Counted from the first letter of the stretch, positions 37,024 through 46,848 are shown. The stretch: DNA of 64,000 nt from an uncultured Candidatus Saccharibacteria bacterium (GCA_964593365.1 CAZQGQ010000002.1:85671-149670); one strand, 5' to 3'. Notes: a model not told the origin generated them from the letters alone. Numbers and translations: made by a program.

Positions 37024-40000
37024 TTAAGCGTCTGCTTCTAATGGCTTATCAATGGGCTCGATATCAAGCGCGAGACCGCGGATCTGGTTGGTCAACACCG
37101 AGAAGGAAGCCGGAGTACCCGAGTGGGTCACCGGTTCGCCCTTCACGATCGCATCGAAGGTCGCCGAGCGTCCCTGGATGTCGTCAGACTTGATGGTGAG
37201 CATTTCGCGGAGCGTGTATGCAGCTCCATATCCAAGAAGTGCCCACACTTCCATTTCTCCAAAGCGCTGTCCTCCGTTTTGCGCCTTTCCGCCAAGCGGC
37301 TGCTGCGTAATAAGGGAGTACGGACCGATGGATCGCATGTGGATCTTGTCTTCCACCATGTGGTGAAGCTTCAAGATATACATGTATCCGACTGAGATGG
37401 CCTGCGCGAATGCTTCGCCCGTGCGTCCGTCAAAGAGTCTCATCTTGCCCGAGCGGTCAAAGCCCGCCTTCTCAAGCTCTTCGCGAATCTCGGCGGCAGT
37501 TGCGCCTGCAAACGGAGGAACGATTGCCTGGTAGCCAAGCGTATGTGCGGCAAGTCCCAAGTGAAGCTCGAGAATCTGTCCGAGGTTCATACGAGACGGA
37601 ACGCCAAGTGGGGTCAAGATGATATCGACTGGATTGCCGTCCTTATCGTAAGGCATGTCTTCAGCTGGAAGCACGCGAGAAATAACACCCTTGTTTCCGT
37701 GGCGTCCTGCGAGCTTGTCTCCCACTGAGACGTTTCGAACCTGAGCGACGGTAACGACAATCTTCTTGATGATGCCGGTCTCAAGCTGGTCTCCCTTCTC
37801 GCGTGAGAAGACGCGTACACCAATGACACGGCCACGCTTCCCTCCTTCCATGCGAAGCGAGGTATCCTTCACGTCCTTTGCCTTGTCTCCGAAGATGGAA
37901 CGCAAGAGACGCTCTTCTGGAGTGAGCTGGGTCTCGCCCTTCGGCGTTACCTTACCGACGAGAATGTCGCCGGGACGCACTTCAGCACCGATGCGGACAA
38001 CTCCTTCTTCGTCGAGGTTCTTCAATCGAAGCTCACCGACGTTCGGGATGTCGTGGGTGGTGACTTCAGCACCAAGCTTGGTGTCGCGGACAGCAGCTTC
38101 GAAGTCTTCAATATGAATAGTGGTGAACTTGGACTGCTGCACGAGGCGCTCTGAGACGATGATGGCGTCTTCATAGTTAGCACCGCTCCAGCTCATGAAG
38201 GCAACGCGGACGTTTTGACCGAGTGCCATCTGGCCGTTTGCAGAGGAAGAAGCATCAGCAAGCACGTCTCCCTTCTTGATCTTGTCGCCAGTTGCGACGA
38301 TCGGACGCTGGTTGAAGGCCGAGTTCTGGTTGGTCTGCATGAGTTCCTGCAGACGATACTCCTTGGTCTTGCCATCCTTGTTCTTGATCTGAATGCGGCG
38401 CGCGTCAGCAAAGATGACGTCTCCTGCCTCTTCAGCGATGACGAGGCGTCCCGTGTTTCGGGCTGCGTGCTCTTCGATACCGGTAGCAACGAGCGGTGCT
38501 TCCGGAATAAGAACCGGTGTAGCTTGTTTCTGCATGTTCGAACCCATGAGTGCGCGGTTCGCGTCGTCGTGGTCGACGAATGGAATCATCGCGGTTGCGG
38601 CAGAGAACATCTGATAGGTCGATACGTCGATAAGATCGAGGTCGCCTCGCGCAACGACAGCAGGCTCGCCTCCCTTTCGGGCTTCGATCGAGTCAGGAAC
38701 GATGCGTCCCTTGTCATCGAGCGGGGTTGCGGCGTGCGCGATCGACTTGGTCTCTTCTTCAAGCGCGTTCAAGTACACGATCTCGTCAGTGACGACGCCG
38801 TTTTTCACAACTGCGTACGGAGTTTCGATAACGCCAAACTCGTTGGTGCGGGCATGAAGCGCCATGCGAAGAATAAGACCGATGTTCTGACCTTCTGGCG
38901 TGTGGATCGGGCAGAGGCGTCCGTAGTGGGATGGGTGCACGTCGCGCACTTCAAAGCCTGCACGTTCGCGCGTAAGTCCTCCCGGGCCGAGAGCTGACAG
39001 GGTGCGCATGTTCTCAAGCTCAGCAAGAATGTTCTGCTGGTCCATGAACTGCGAAAGCTGGTTGGCTGTGAAGAACTCGCGGATCGATGCCTGGAGTGGA
39101 CGTGGGTTAACGAATGCCATCGGGAGCGACGTCTCGCTTTCAATCGTAGACATGCGGTCCTGGATGTTGCGCTTCATGCGCGACATACCAACGCGCATAC
39201 GTGCCTGGAGCAATTCTCCGACAAAGCGGACGCGGCGGAAGCCGAGGTGATCGATATCATCTGGAATTGCGTCTGGAGTTGCGTTCAAGCGTGAGATCTC
39301 GCCGACGATGCGAATGAGGTCGGTGAAGCCGAGCGAGCGGTCCTTGAGAGCCTTCACGTCTGTTGCAAGACCGAAGCGCGCATTCAAGCGGTGACGTCCG
39401 ACTTTCGAGAGGTCATAGCGCTCAGGCGTGAACAGGGTGTTCACGTACTGCTTAGCGTTGTCTGCGGTTGCGAGGTCTCCGTCTCGCATGCGGCGGTGTA
39501 CTTCCATGTACGCCTCTTCCGGGGTCTTAGCAGGGTCGTGCTCAAGGGTAGCGGCAAGGGATGCGAGTGCTGCCTCGTTTCCTTTGAAATGCTTTGCGAG
39601 GTCTTCCTTAGAACCTCCGCCAAAGATGGTGAGGAGGTTGGTGATCGGGAACTTTCGCTTGCGGTCGATCTTTACGAAGATAGCGCCATCTGGTTCTGAG
39701 TCGATCTCAATCCATACGCCTCGAGACGGGATGATCTTTGCGCCAAAGTAGCGCTTTCCTTTTATATCTTCTGCGACGAAGAAAGCACCGAAGGAGCGAG
39801 CGAGCTGGGGGACGATTGCGCGCTCAACGCCAGATACCACAAAAGAACCATGCGGGGTCATCATCGGAAGGTCGGCAAGGAAAATATCCTGCCGCTTCTC
39901 AGTTCCCATGGTCTTGTTCAAAAGTGTGACGGAAGCCTTGAGAGGAGCTTCATAGGTGCGCATGTTCTCGCGCGCCATTGCTTCATCTCCTTTCGGCTCA

Positions 40001-40287
40001 CCGAGCTCGAACCCATCGAATCGAAGTTCGAACTTCTTGCCGGAATAGTCAGGGATCGGAGAGAACTCCTTGAAGAGCTCCATGAGCCCCTCTTTGAGGA
40101 GCCAATCGAATGAGTCGCGCTGATGGGCGACGAGATCGGGGAAATCTACTTTGGGGGGCTTGTATGCCGAGAAGGTCTTCTGCGGGAGGGCTTTTTGCGT
40201 ACGCATGAGGATTCGATGATGAAAATTGGATAAACGCACAACGGACTCGCACACGGCGAGCCGCGTCTCGTTTTGAGACGCTTTCAA
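37024..40287 (-). CDS. rpoB: DNA-directed RNA polymerase subunit beta (apparent TTG start)
   Basis: 1087 aa with full RpoB conservation. The first codon reads TTG on the minus strand. Confidence 0.95.
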   Translation of the reverse strand: MKASQNETRLAVCESVVRLSNFHHRILMRTQKALPQKTFSAYKPPKVDFPDLVAHQRDSFDWLLKEGLMELFKEFSPIPDYSGKKFELRFDGFELGEPKGDEAMARENMRTYEAPLKASVTLLNKTMGTEKRQDIFLADLPMMTPHGSFVVSGVERAIVPQLARSFGAFFVAEDIKGKRYFGAKIIPSRGVWIEIDSEPDGAIFVKIDRKRKFPITNLLTIFGGGSKEDLAKHFKGNEAALASLAATLEHDPAKTPEEAYMEVHRRMRDGDLATADNAKQYVNTLFTPERYDLSKVGRHRLNARFGLATDVKALKDRSLGFTDLIRIVGEISRLNATPDAIPDDIDHLGFRRVRFVGELLQARMRVGMSRMKRNIQDRMSTIESETSLPMAFVNPRPLQASIREFFTANQLSQFMDQQNILAELENMRTLSALGPGGLTRERAGFEVRDVHPSHYGRLCPIHTPEGQNIGLILRMALHARTNEFGVIETPYAVVKNGVVTDEIVYLNALEEETKSIAHAATPLDDKGRIVPDSIEARKGGEPAVVARGDLDLIDVSTYQMFSAATAMIPFVDHDDANRALMGSNMQKQATPVLIPEAPLVATGIEEHAARNTGRLVIAEEAGDVIFADARRIQIKNKDGKTKEYRLQELMQTNQNSAFNQRPIVATGDKIKKGDVLADASSSANGQMALGQNVRVAFMSWSGANYEDAIIVSERLVQQSKFTTIHIEDFEAAVRDTKLGAEVTTHDIPNVGELRLKNLDEEGVVRIGAEVRPGDILVGKVTPKGETQLTPEERLLRSIFGDKAKDVKDTSLRMEGGKRGRVIGVRVFSREKGDQLETGIIKKIVVTVAQVRNVSVGDKLAGRHGNKGVISRVLPAEDMPYDKDGNPVDIILTPLGVPSRMNLGQILELHLGLAAHTLGYQAIVPPFAGATAAEIREELEKAGFDRSGKMRLFDGRTGEAFAQAISVGYMYILKLHHMVEDKIHMRSIGPYSLITQQPLGGKAQNGGQRFGEMEVWALLGYGAAYTLREMLTIKSDDIQGRSATFDAIVKGEPVTHSGTPASFSVLTNQIRGLALDIEPIDKPLEADA

Positions 40288-40340
40288 AATTCTTTCTAAT
40301 TTGCCCCCAGAGTGCCCCCGCCACTCAATCAGTTCTGGAT

Positions 40341-40369
40341 AAGGGGAGTATATTCCGGGGGTCCGGGAC
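40341..40369 (-). promoter_or_regulatory. Sigma70-like promoter TTGACG-N17-TATACT upstream of rpoB
   Basis: Read on the minus strand; it would give a 5' UTR of about 47 nt. Confidence 0.5.
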
Positions 40370-40400
40370 CGTCAAGGGAGGGTGTGGATTGCCTCAAACC

Positions 40401-41060
40401 CTACTTCCTCCCCTTCTTCCACTCATCGATTTTCGCCTGATGCCCGCTTTGTAGGACGCTCGGGACTTTGTACTTCTTCCCTTCCCATTCGATTGAATCA
40501 GGCCGTGTATATACTTCCCCGCTTGAAATCCTGCGCTCCTCTACTGATTCATCTTTTCCGAGCACGCCTGGGATGCGTCTGGTAACTGCGTCCACTATTG
40601 CCATGGCAGGCACTTCTCCACCTGTGAGCACTGCCTCCCCGACCGAATAACGCTTCAATGTTCCAAGTGTCTTCAGGATCTTTGCAGCCCTCTCATCAAT
40701 ACCCTCGTAGCGCCCGCAGACCAGGACTACATCATCAAACGAGATGAGTTTGTCAGCTTCTTTATTATCAAATGCCTTTGCGCCCGGCTGAAACCAGATG
40801 ATTGCCGCCTTTCCCTTCTTACGTCCGATCGCTTTCTTCACGGCTTTTGCTACAGGAAGTGCTGTCATGACCATTCCTGGACCTCCTCCATATGGCCGTT
40901 CGTCTACCTTGCCCCATCTATTGGTTACAAAATCGCGAGGGCTTTGGTAGGAAACGGAAATCTTCTTGTTCTTTCGAGCGCGGCCAAGGATAGAAGCGGA
41001 CAGATACGGCTCACAGGCTTCTGGGAAAAGCGTGATGAGGTGGAAACGAAGTGTGCTCAT
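40401..41060 (-). CDS. trmD: tRNA (guanine37-N1)-methyltransferase
   Basis: SPOUT-fold TrmD motifs LITLFPE, RPYGGGPGMV and CGRYEGIDER. Confidence 0.9.
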   Translation of the reverse strand: MSTLRFHLITLFPEACEPYLSASILGRARKNKKISVSYQSPRDFVTNRWGKVDERPYGGGPGMVMTALPVAKAVKKAIGRKKGKAAIIWFQPGAKAFDNKEADKLISFDDVVLVCGRYEGIDERAAKILKTLGTLKRYSVGEAVLTGGEVPAMAIVDAVTRRIPGVLGKDESVEERRISSGEVYTRPDSIEWEGKKYKVPSVLQSGHQAKIDEWKKGRK

Positions 41061-41443
41061 ATTTCATCAGGTCCGTGGTATGCATTTATAACGTCTACGA
41101 AGTTGTCGCGGCCGCTTGGACGATTAGAGCCAGTAAAGAACAGTCTCGCTTCGCCTTCCACCGTTTCTCGTATCTTGTTGAAGGATCTGTTGAAAAGATC
41201 TAAAGGGAGCTCCCGTACTGCAATCGTCTGGAACGAAGCGTCTTTTTGAAGTGATTCGATTCGTCCGGCTACCTGGGTACCAGGTCCATACAGCGCATAG
41301 GTTTTCTTTGCGGTGCGAAAAAGGGCCATGCATGGCTTGTAATCAAACTTGTTTATATCTGCAAGAAACACAGAAAGTGCTTCTTCATTCACCCCTTCAC
41401 GCTTAAAAGGTTGCATTCCTTCTAGCGGATCTGATTTTCCCAT
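41057..41443 (-). CDS. Hypothetical protein occupying the rimM position of the rpsP operon; weak nucleotidyl-cyclase-like motifs
   Basis: 128 aa. It has no PRC-barrel or RimM signature. Short stretches VFLADINKFD and YALYGPGTQVAGRIESL resemble class III cyclase motifs, but the domain is too short. Confidence 0.3.
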   Translation of the reverse strand: MGKSDPLEGMQPFKREGVNEEALSVFLADINKFDYKPCMALFRTAKKTYALYGPGTQVAGRIESLQKDASFQTIAVRELPLDLFNRSFNKIRETVEGEARLFFTGSNRPSGRDNFVDVINAYHGPDEI

Positions 41444-41447
41444 ATCT

Positions 41448-41756
41448 TTATCCTAACGCATCGACGACCTGATCGACTGATTTAGCGTCTCCTTCTCCAA
41501 AGCGCTTGCCGCCAACCGGCTCATTGATCTTCAGGTTCACCCGGGCGTTATGCTTCATACCAACCACGCGAAGAAGGGTGCGTAGTGCCTTAGCAATGTT
41601 TCCATCCTTGCCGATTATCTTGCCCATATCGTCGGGCGAGACGGTAAGGGTCAACAGCACGCCCATCTCATCAACGCCGCGGGTAATCGCGACCTGGTCA
41701 GGATTATCAACAAGGGCTTTAACAACGTACTCGAGAAATTCGTGGTCTTGGTCCAT
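41448..41756 (-). CDS. KH-domain RNA-binding protein (YlqC/UPF0109 family)
   Basis: 102 aa; KH fold with GXXG motif IGKDGNIAKALR. Confidence 0.8.
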   Translation of the reverse strand: MDQDHEFLEYVVKALVDNPDQVAITRGVDEMGVLLTLTVSPDDMGKIIGKDGNIAKALRTLLRVVGMKHNARVNLKINEPVGGKRFGEGDAKSVDQVVDALG

Positions 41757-41826
41757 AAAGTGGTTCAGTCGTTAAGGGATATTCAGATAGACACTGTACG
41801 CACACGCACCCATAGGCGCGATGAAG

Positions 41827-42282
41827 TTAGGCTGCTGGAGCCTCAGCGGCAACTGCGTCAGCAGGCGCTTCCGCAGGAGCAGCTTCAACTGGAGTCTCAG
41901 CAGGAACTGCTTCAGCTGCAACTTCAGCTTCTTCGGGAAGAGGGGCTACTGCGGCTGCAGCAACGGGAGCTGCGGCAGGCGCTACCTCTTCAGTTCCCTC
42001 CTTCTTAATCGGAGATTTCTTTGAAAGGACGTTTACCTTCTTGCCTTCAAGGATGCCCTTCGTGATAAGGAGGTTATTAAGGGAAGGAGAAACCTGGGCT
42101 CCCTTGCCGATCCAATCCTTGATACGGTCTCCTTCTGCGCTGAAAGCTTTGGTCTTTGGGTTGTAGGTGCCGACGAGGTCGACATAGGTGCCGGCCTTAG
42201 GGCCAGAGGTTTTTTCGAGTACGACGATACGGAACGCTGGGTCGTTCGTGCGGCCGATTCGCTGAAAACGGATCATCAACAT
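41827..42282 (-). CDS. rpsP: 30S ribosomal protein S16 with Ala/Pro/Glu-rich C-terminal extension
   Basis: The N-terminal approx. 85 aa match bS16 (MLMIRFQRIGRTNDPAFRIVV...). The C-terminal approx. 60 aa are a low-complexity A/P/E/V repeat. Confidence 0.9.
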   Translation of the reverse strand: MLMIRFQRIGRTNDPAFRIVVLEKTSGPKAGTYVDLVGTYNPKTKAFSAEGDRIKDWIGKGAQVSPSLNNLLITKGILEGKKVNVLSKKSPIKKEGTEEVAPAAAPVAAAAVAPLPEEAEVAAEAVPAETPVEAAPAEAPADAVAAEAPAA

Positions 42283-42290
42283 AGTTTCGG

Positions 42291-42319
42291 GAGAATAGCA
42301 GAATTAGAGCCCAGGGTCA
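42291..42319 (-). promoter_or_regulatory. Sigma70-like promoter TTGACC-N17-TATTCT, 8 nt upstream of the rpsP ATG (leaderless)
   Basis: Read on the minus strand. Confidence 0.45.
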
Positions 42320-42511
42320 ACTATAAAAAGTTGTGCGACGGACCAGAGGTGAACCGGGTCCGCCGCACGGTAGTACGAAGCTCAACCGCTTCGCCTGGTA
42401 GTCACAGGGCTCCGGCTAAAGGGCTACCTGCGGCCTTCGTAACCAGGGGAATCTTTCGAAGGCAGCGCAATCGTAGCATAACGATACTAATCTGCTAGAG
42501 TATTCAATAAC

Positions 42512-44506
42512 GTGGCTAGCGACCGACAAGTATATGAAGGGCCGATAACGATAACCCGCACCGGCAAGGGCTTTTTCACCTACGACCCTGATGAGGAAGA
42601 CATCTTCGTCTCGCAGGAGGGACTTGGTGCTGCCTTCCATGGAGACGTCGTTCGCCTTGAAGTCATCGGCAAGAGCCGGGACATAAAGACGGGGGCTCCC
42701 CGCCTCAATGGTCGCGTCCAGGACATTGTCTCTCGCTCTCGCGAACTCTTTGTCGGAAAGCTTATCGAGGAGTCCGGACGCACACTGCTTGCTCCTGATT
42801 GGAAAAAGATGCACGTGCCTTTCTTCGTTAAAGGAGAGAGCCTTCCTCTTGGACACAAGGTCGTCCTTCGCTTTAAGGGCTGGGATGAGGAATCTCAGTA
42901 CCCTTGGGGAGTAGTAGAGGAAGTAATCGGTCCTGCAGGAGTGCATGAGACGGAGATGCGCGCACTCGCGCTCTCACAGGGCTTTAGCTCAGACTTCCCT
43001 CCTTCCGTAGTGAGCGAAGCAAAGACCCTCGAAGAAACAGGCGAAGAGATGATTCGCGCGGAAGCGGCCGTCTCAGTACCGTGGGGCACTTCACATGAAG
43101 GAACAGCACGCCGAGATTTCCGGAATATCCCGACATTCACGATTGACCCGGCTGACGCAAAAGACTTCGACGACGCTCTCTCCGTACGAAAGCTCCCTGA
43201 CGGGAAAATCGAGGTAGGTGTGCACATCGCAGACGTATCCTTCTTCGTTAAGCCAGGAAACGCGCTTGATCGAGAGGCCCGAAAGCGCGCGACGAGCGTG
43301 TACCTGGTGGACCGCACCATTCCCATGCTCCCCCACGTGCTCTCGACTAACTTCTGTTCGCTGAACCCGAACGTTGACCGTCTGTCCGTGTCTGCCGTAT
43401 TCGTGCTCGATGAGAATGCCGGAATCATCGACCGCTGGTTTGGCGAGACCGTCATCCATTCAGACAAGCGCTTCGCGTATGAGGAGGCCCAGGAAGTGCT
43501 CGACAAGCAGGAAGGCCCGATGCTTGAGGAGCTGAACATCCTTCGCGACCTCTCGAAAAAGATCCGCACAAGGCGCGTCGCCTCTGGTGCTATCGAGTTT
43601 GATACCGCCGAAGTGAAGATCGAGCTTAACGAGGAAGGCGCCCCTATCGCGGTCCACCTCAAGGAGCGCAAGGAGACAAACCTCCTCATCGAGGATTTCA
43701 TGCTTCTGGCAAACGTTGCGGTTGCTGAATTTGTCGCAGGCCAGGTAAAGAAAGAAGGAAACAACATGCTTGGTGTCTACCGAGTCCACGACGTCCCGAA
43801 CGCAGAGCGCATTGAGGACCTCTCCTCCTTCTTGAAGGTCATGGGCTATGAGCTTCCTGTGCTTCCCGGAGGGAAGGTCAAAGGAACCGACCTGAACGCC
43901 CTTCTTGCAAAAGTGAAAGGCACGCCGGAGGAATACCTCATCAAGATGGCAACGCTCCGCTCGATGGCTAAGGCAACGTATGCGACCAAGAACGTCGGGC
44001 ACTACGGCCTTGCGTTTGAGTTTTATACGCACTTCACATCCCCTATCCGACGCTACCCAGACGTCTTGGTGCACCGCATGGTCAAGCACTACGCTTCTGG
44101 AAAGAGCGTCACGCCAGGAGAAGTTGCAGAGTTCGACCAGCTCGCACTCCATTCCTCAGAGCGCGAAGTCGCTGCCTCCGAAGCCGAGCGCGATTCGATC
44201 AAGATGAAGCAGGTTGAATTCCTTGCAGGAAGGATCGGCGAAGAGTTTGCAGCTGTTATCTCTGGAGTTTCAGAGCGAGGCTTCTATGTTGAGCTTAACG
44301 AGACACGTGCAGACGGCATGGTTCGAGTAAGCACACTTGGGAACGACTACTACACCTATGACCAGAAGCGCTATCGCCTTGTGGGCGAACGAACCAAGAA
44401 GGAATACGCCCTTGGTGACCCTATCAAGGTAAAGCTGATTGCTGCACGCATTCCTGAGCGAGAGCTAGATTTTGAACTCGTTGAAACGCCGTCCGCCCCT
44501 CTCTAG
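42512..44506 (+). CDS. rnr: Ribonuclease R (RNB-family 3'-5' exoribonuclease with OB/cold-shock and S1 domains)
   Basis: RNB catalytic motifs (DFDDALS and others) and a C-terminal S1 domain. By my reading the first codon may be a GTG a few nt upstream of the track start. Confidence 0.9.
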   Translation: MASDRQVYEGPITITRTGKGFFTYDPDEEDIFVSQEGLGAAFHGDVVRLEVIGKSRDIKTGAPRLNGRVQDIVSRSRELFVGKLIEESGRTLLAPDWKKMHVPFFVKGESLPLGHKVVLRFKGWDEESQYPWGVVEEVIGPAGVHETEMRALALSQGFSSDFPPSVVSEAKTLEETGEEMIRAEAAVSVPWGTSHEGTARRDFRNIPTFTIDPADAKDFDDALSVRKLPDGKIEVGVHIADVSFFVKPGNALDREARKRATSVYLVDRTIPMLPHVLSTNFCSLNPNVDRLSVSAVFVLDENAGIIDRWFGETVIHSDKRFAYEEAQEVLDKQEGPMLEELNILRDLSKKIRTRRVASGAIEFDTAEVKIELNEEGAPIAVHLKERKETNLLIEDFMLLANVAVAEFVAGQVKKEGNNMLGVYRVHDVPNAERIEDLSSFLKVMGYELPVLPGGKVKGTDLNALLAKVKGTPEEYLIKMATLRSMAKATYATKNVGHYGLAFEFYTHFTSPIRRYPDVLVHRMVKHYASGKSVTPGEVAEFDQLALHSSEREVAASEAERDSIKMKQVEFLAGRIGEEFAAVISGVSERGFYVELNETRADGMVRVSTLGNDYYTYDQKRYRLVGERTKKEYALGDPIKVKLIAARIPERELDFELVETPSAPL

Positions 44507-44521
44507 AGTCAGATTATCTCT

Positions 44522-45316
44522 ATGGCGTTTTCTTTGAACAAAATGCTTAGTGGGTGGCGCGAACCTCGCCAAGCATCAAAAGAGACTGCCGAAGCCATTC
44601 TCCCCTACCCCGTACGCGATCATCTTCGCGAAAGTACACAGCTCCCGAAAGAACTTGTCCACTCTCTGGTGCGGGACGGCTCTGCGGAGCGCTTTGGATT
44701 TGAAAACGCAGCTCTCTATCTTGCTATGAAAGCAAGCAGCACCGACCCTGATCTTGAGAAGGAACTTCTTCACGAACTTGCTGAGGCTCTTTCCACCAAT
44801 AAGGATACGCAGCGTGCCCAGCTCGTGCGCGCGTTCGCCGAGTCCGCTGTCTCTCGAATACCTGGCGAATGGACAGTTGATGCACGGAATCTCGCACGTA
44901 TTTCACGCCATGGATTTCGCAACACAGACGAGCGGTATCGCACGCACGCGACAAGGCTCGCGTCAGACCCTCGAAACGTATGCATCGTTGGACACGCGAC
45001 GTTCGTCGGCATTGCCTCTTTCATCGACGCATTCGCACAGGCAGGCAAACGTCTTGCCATCGTGGTTCCTTCCTTTATCCCCGAGACGGATGCACGCGTC
45101 GCACCCGATGAGCGGAACTATCCGGTGGGATATGTCGTTGAACCAGATGGGTCCGTACGGGACCTTTTGAAAAGCGATTTCTCGGAAACCGTACGTACAG
45201 TAGTCGTCGACGACGTTCGTAGGACGGGCAAGACCGAAGAACAGGTGCTTACCTATTTCAACGCACTGGGTGTCGAAAATATCGACATGGAGCCGCTCCA
45301 AGACGCATCGTCCTAG
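44522..45316 (+). CDS. Phosphoribosyltransferase-domain protein (ComF-like?), hypothetical
   Basis: The C-terminal PRPP-binding motif VVVDDVRRTGKT is preceded by a helical N-terminal domain. It starts 15 nt after the rnr stop. Confidence 0.5.
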   Translation: MAFSLNKMLSGWREPRQASKETAEAILPYPVRDHLRESTQLPKELVHSLVRDGSAERFGFENAALYLAMKASSTDPDLEKELLHELAEALSTNKDTQRAQLVRAFAESAVSRIPGEWTVDARNLARISRHGFRNTDERYRTHATRLASDPRNVCIVGHATFVGIASFIDAFAQAGKRLAIVVPSFIPETDARVAPDERNYPVGYVVEPDGSVRDLLKSDFSETVRTVVVDDVRRTGKTEEQVLTYFNALGVENIDMEPLQDASS

Positions 45317-45323
45317 TTAGCTC

Positions 45324-46577
45324 CTATTCCTCAAGAATGCGAGAGAGTGCAAGCGCATACGCAGCTTCCCGAAGTGTCACTCCGCGGAAAAGCGCAAAGT
45401 CGGCAACGTCCCGATATGCATCGTTCATGATTTCCTCAAGCCGATCGCTTGTTTGTAGCGCCGTCCATGTCTCCCCTGACCTGTTCTGAAGCCATTCAAA
45501 ATACGAGACGGTAACTCCGCCTGCGTTTGCAAGCACGTCTGGGACAACGGCAACGCCTTGCGCAGCAAGAATCTCATCTGCCTCGGGAGTCGTCGGGCCG
45601 TTCGCAATTTCAAGCACGATGCCTGCTTTCACATCCTTCGCGTTCCCTTGGTGTATCTGCTCTTCAAGAGCCGCTGGTACTAAAATTTCCACCGGTTCTG
45701 TGATGACTGCTTCAGTTCCAAGTATCTGGGAGTCGTCTCCCATCTGGGTTCCTGCGTCGCATACGGATCCTTCCTTCTCTTTTATAGAGCAAGCGAGCTC
45801 GACGTTAATACCGTTCGCCACAACTAGAGTCCCTTGCGAGTCAGCAAGCGCCGTTATTGAGACGCCCATATCTGAAAGGAGCTTTGCGGCCTGCGCTCCT
45901 GCGTTTCCTGCTCCCTGTATGGCAGCGCGAAGTTTTGAAGCGTCCACATTCTGATCTTTCAGAAGCGCGCGGAGCACAATAATCGCCCCGTCAGCGGTTG
46001 CCGTATCGCGCCCGAGAATGCCGCCGTTTCCTATGCTCTTCCCGGTGATCATTGCGGGAGCCTTGTGGCCGACGATCCGCTCATACTCAGCAAGCATGGT
46101 GTCCATGATCTCTGGATTAGTCGCCATGTCAGGGGCGGGAACGTCGATATCAGGACCGAAGTGCTCAGCAAAGGCCTTCACGTACTCGCGCGCGAGCGCA
46201 TGGGTTTCCGTATGTGAAAGCTTCTTCGGATCAACAGACACTCCTCCCTTACCTCCTCCAAACGGAATACCAACGACCGCGCACTTGATCGCCATCATAG
46301 CGGCAAGCGCCGATACCTCGTCCTCGTCAGCTGCCGGATGGAAGCGGATGCCGCCTTTGTAAGGCCCCCGTCTGTTATTGAACTGCACGCGGTATGCCGG
46401 AAAAGATGCTGTGCCGCCTCCGTCTAGCGGGATCGTGAGCTCCGCGCGAAGCACGCGGTCAGGAGTCATGAGCTTCGTGCGCTGCTCTTCTGAAAGCCCG
46501 AGGAGGTCAGCGGCCTTGCTGGTGTTGTGCTTGAAATACTGAAACGCGGCCATGATAGGAGCAGTATATCCCACCAA
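45324..46577 (-). CDS. Glutamate dehydrogenase (Glu/Leu/Phe/Val dehydrogenase family), TTG start
   Basis: Catalytic Lys motif GGGKGG and a Rossmann GxGxxG motif. The first codon is TTG, 3 nt after an upstream terminator. Confidence 0.9.
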   Translation of the reverse strand: MVGYTAPIMAAFQYFKHNTSKAADLLGLSEEQRTKLMTPDRVLRAELTIPLDGGGTASFPAYRVQFNNRRGPYKGGIRFHPAADEDEVSALAAMMAIKCAVVGIPFGGGKGGVSVDPKKLSHTETHALAREYVKAFAEHFGPDIDVPAPDMATNPEIMDTMLAEYERIVGHKAPAMITGKSIGNGGILGRDTATADGAIIVLRALLKDQNVDASKLRAAIQGAGNAGAQAAKLLSDMGVSITALADSQGTLVVANGINVELACSIKEKEGSVCDAGTQMGDDSQILGTEAVITEPVEILVPAALEEQIHQGNAKDVKAGIVLEIANGPTTPEADEILAAQGVAVVPDVLANAGGVTVSYFEWLQNRSGETWTALQTSDRLEEIMNDAYRDVADFALFRGVTLREAAYALALSRILEE

Positions 46578-46627
46578 TGGAAAACGCCTGCGTACTAGCC
46601 GCAGGCGTCATCCCAATAAGTCATCAC

Positions 46628-46792
46628 TTACTCCTTCGTTTCCGGAGGAGTCGGTTCCGCTTTGGGACGATCCTTTGGGGGTGGCTGCCAGCTGGGTACA
46701 TCCAGACTCGACCCTTTGTCACCCTTTTTGTGATGCCCGCCAAGCGGATTATAGCGATCCTTTTCTGGAATGGGAGGTTTTTCTTTATCCAT
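46628..46792 (-). CDS. Small Pro-rich protein (54 aa), hypothetical; possible regulatory uORF
   Basis: MDKEKPPIPEKDRYNPLGGHHKKGDKGSSLDVPSWQPPPKDRPKAEPTPPETKE. SD GGAGG is 9 nt upstream. It is followed by a perfect hairpin (aacgcctgcg...cgcaggcgtt) plus TTTT immediately before the GDH start. It falls below the ORF-track size cutoff. Confidence 0.35.
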   Translation of the reverse strand: MDKEKPPIPEKDRYNPLGGHHKKGDKGSSLDVPSWQPPPKDRPKAEPTPPETKE

Positions 46793-46848
46793 AGCAGTAG
46801 TCCTCCAGGCGGCTTGTTGTACGTGAGGTCATAAAAAGTGTCAATGCA

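Noticed and set aside
33273-40287. Dozens of 60-260-aa ORFs on both strands inside rpoB and rpoC (for example 38215..38997, 34573..35121)
   Set aside because: They are antisense or out-of-frame shadows of two highly conserved long genes, with Ser/Arg-rich low-complexity translations and no start signals.
42283-42511. Possible structured RNA (SRP-like) in the 230-bp divergent region between rpsP and rnr
   Set aside because: It has several hairpins and a faint resemblance to SRP helix 8, but the match to the domain IV consensus is poor. The region is sufficiently explained by the divergent promoters, including the rpsP TTGACC-N17-TATTCT.
42416-42946. 176-aa minus-strand ORF overlapping the rnr start
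   Set aside because: It is antisense to RNase R and the promoter region, with no homology and no SD.
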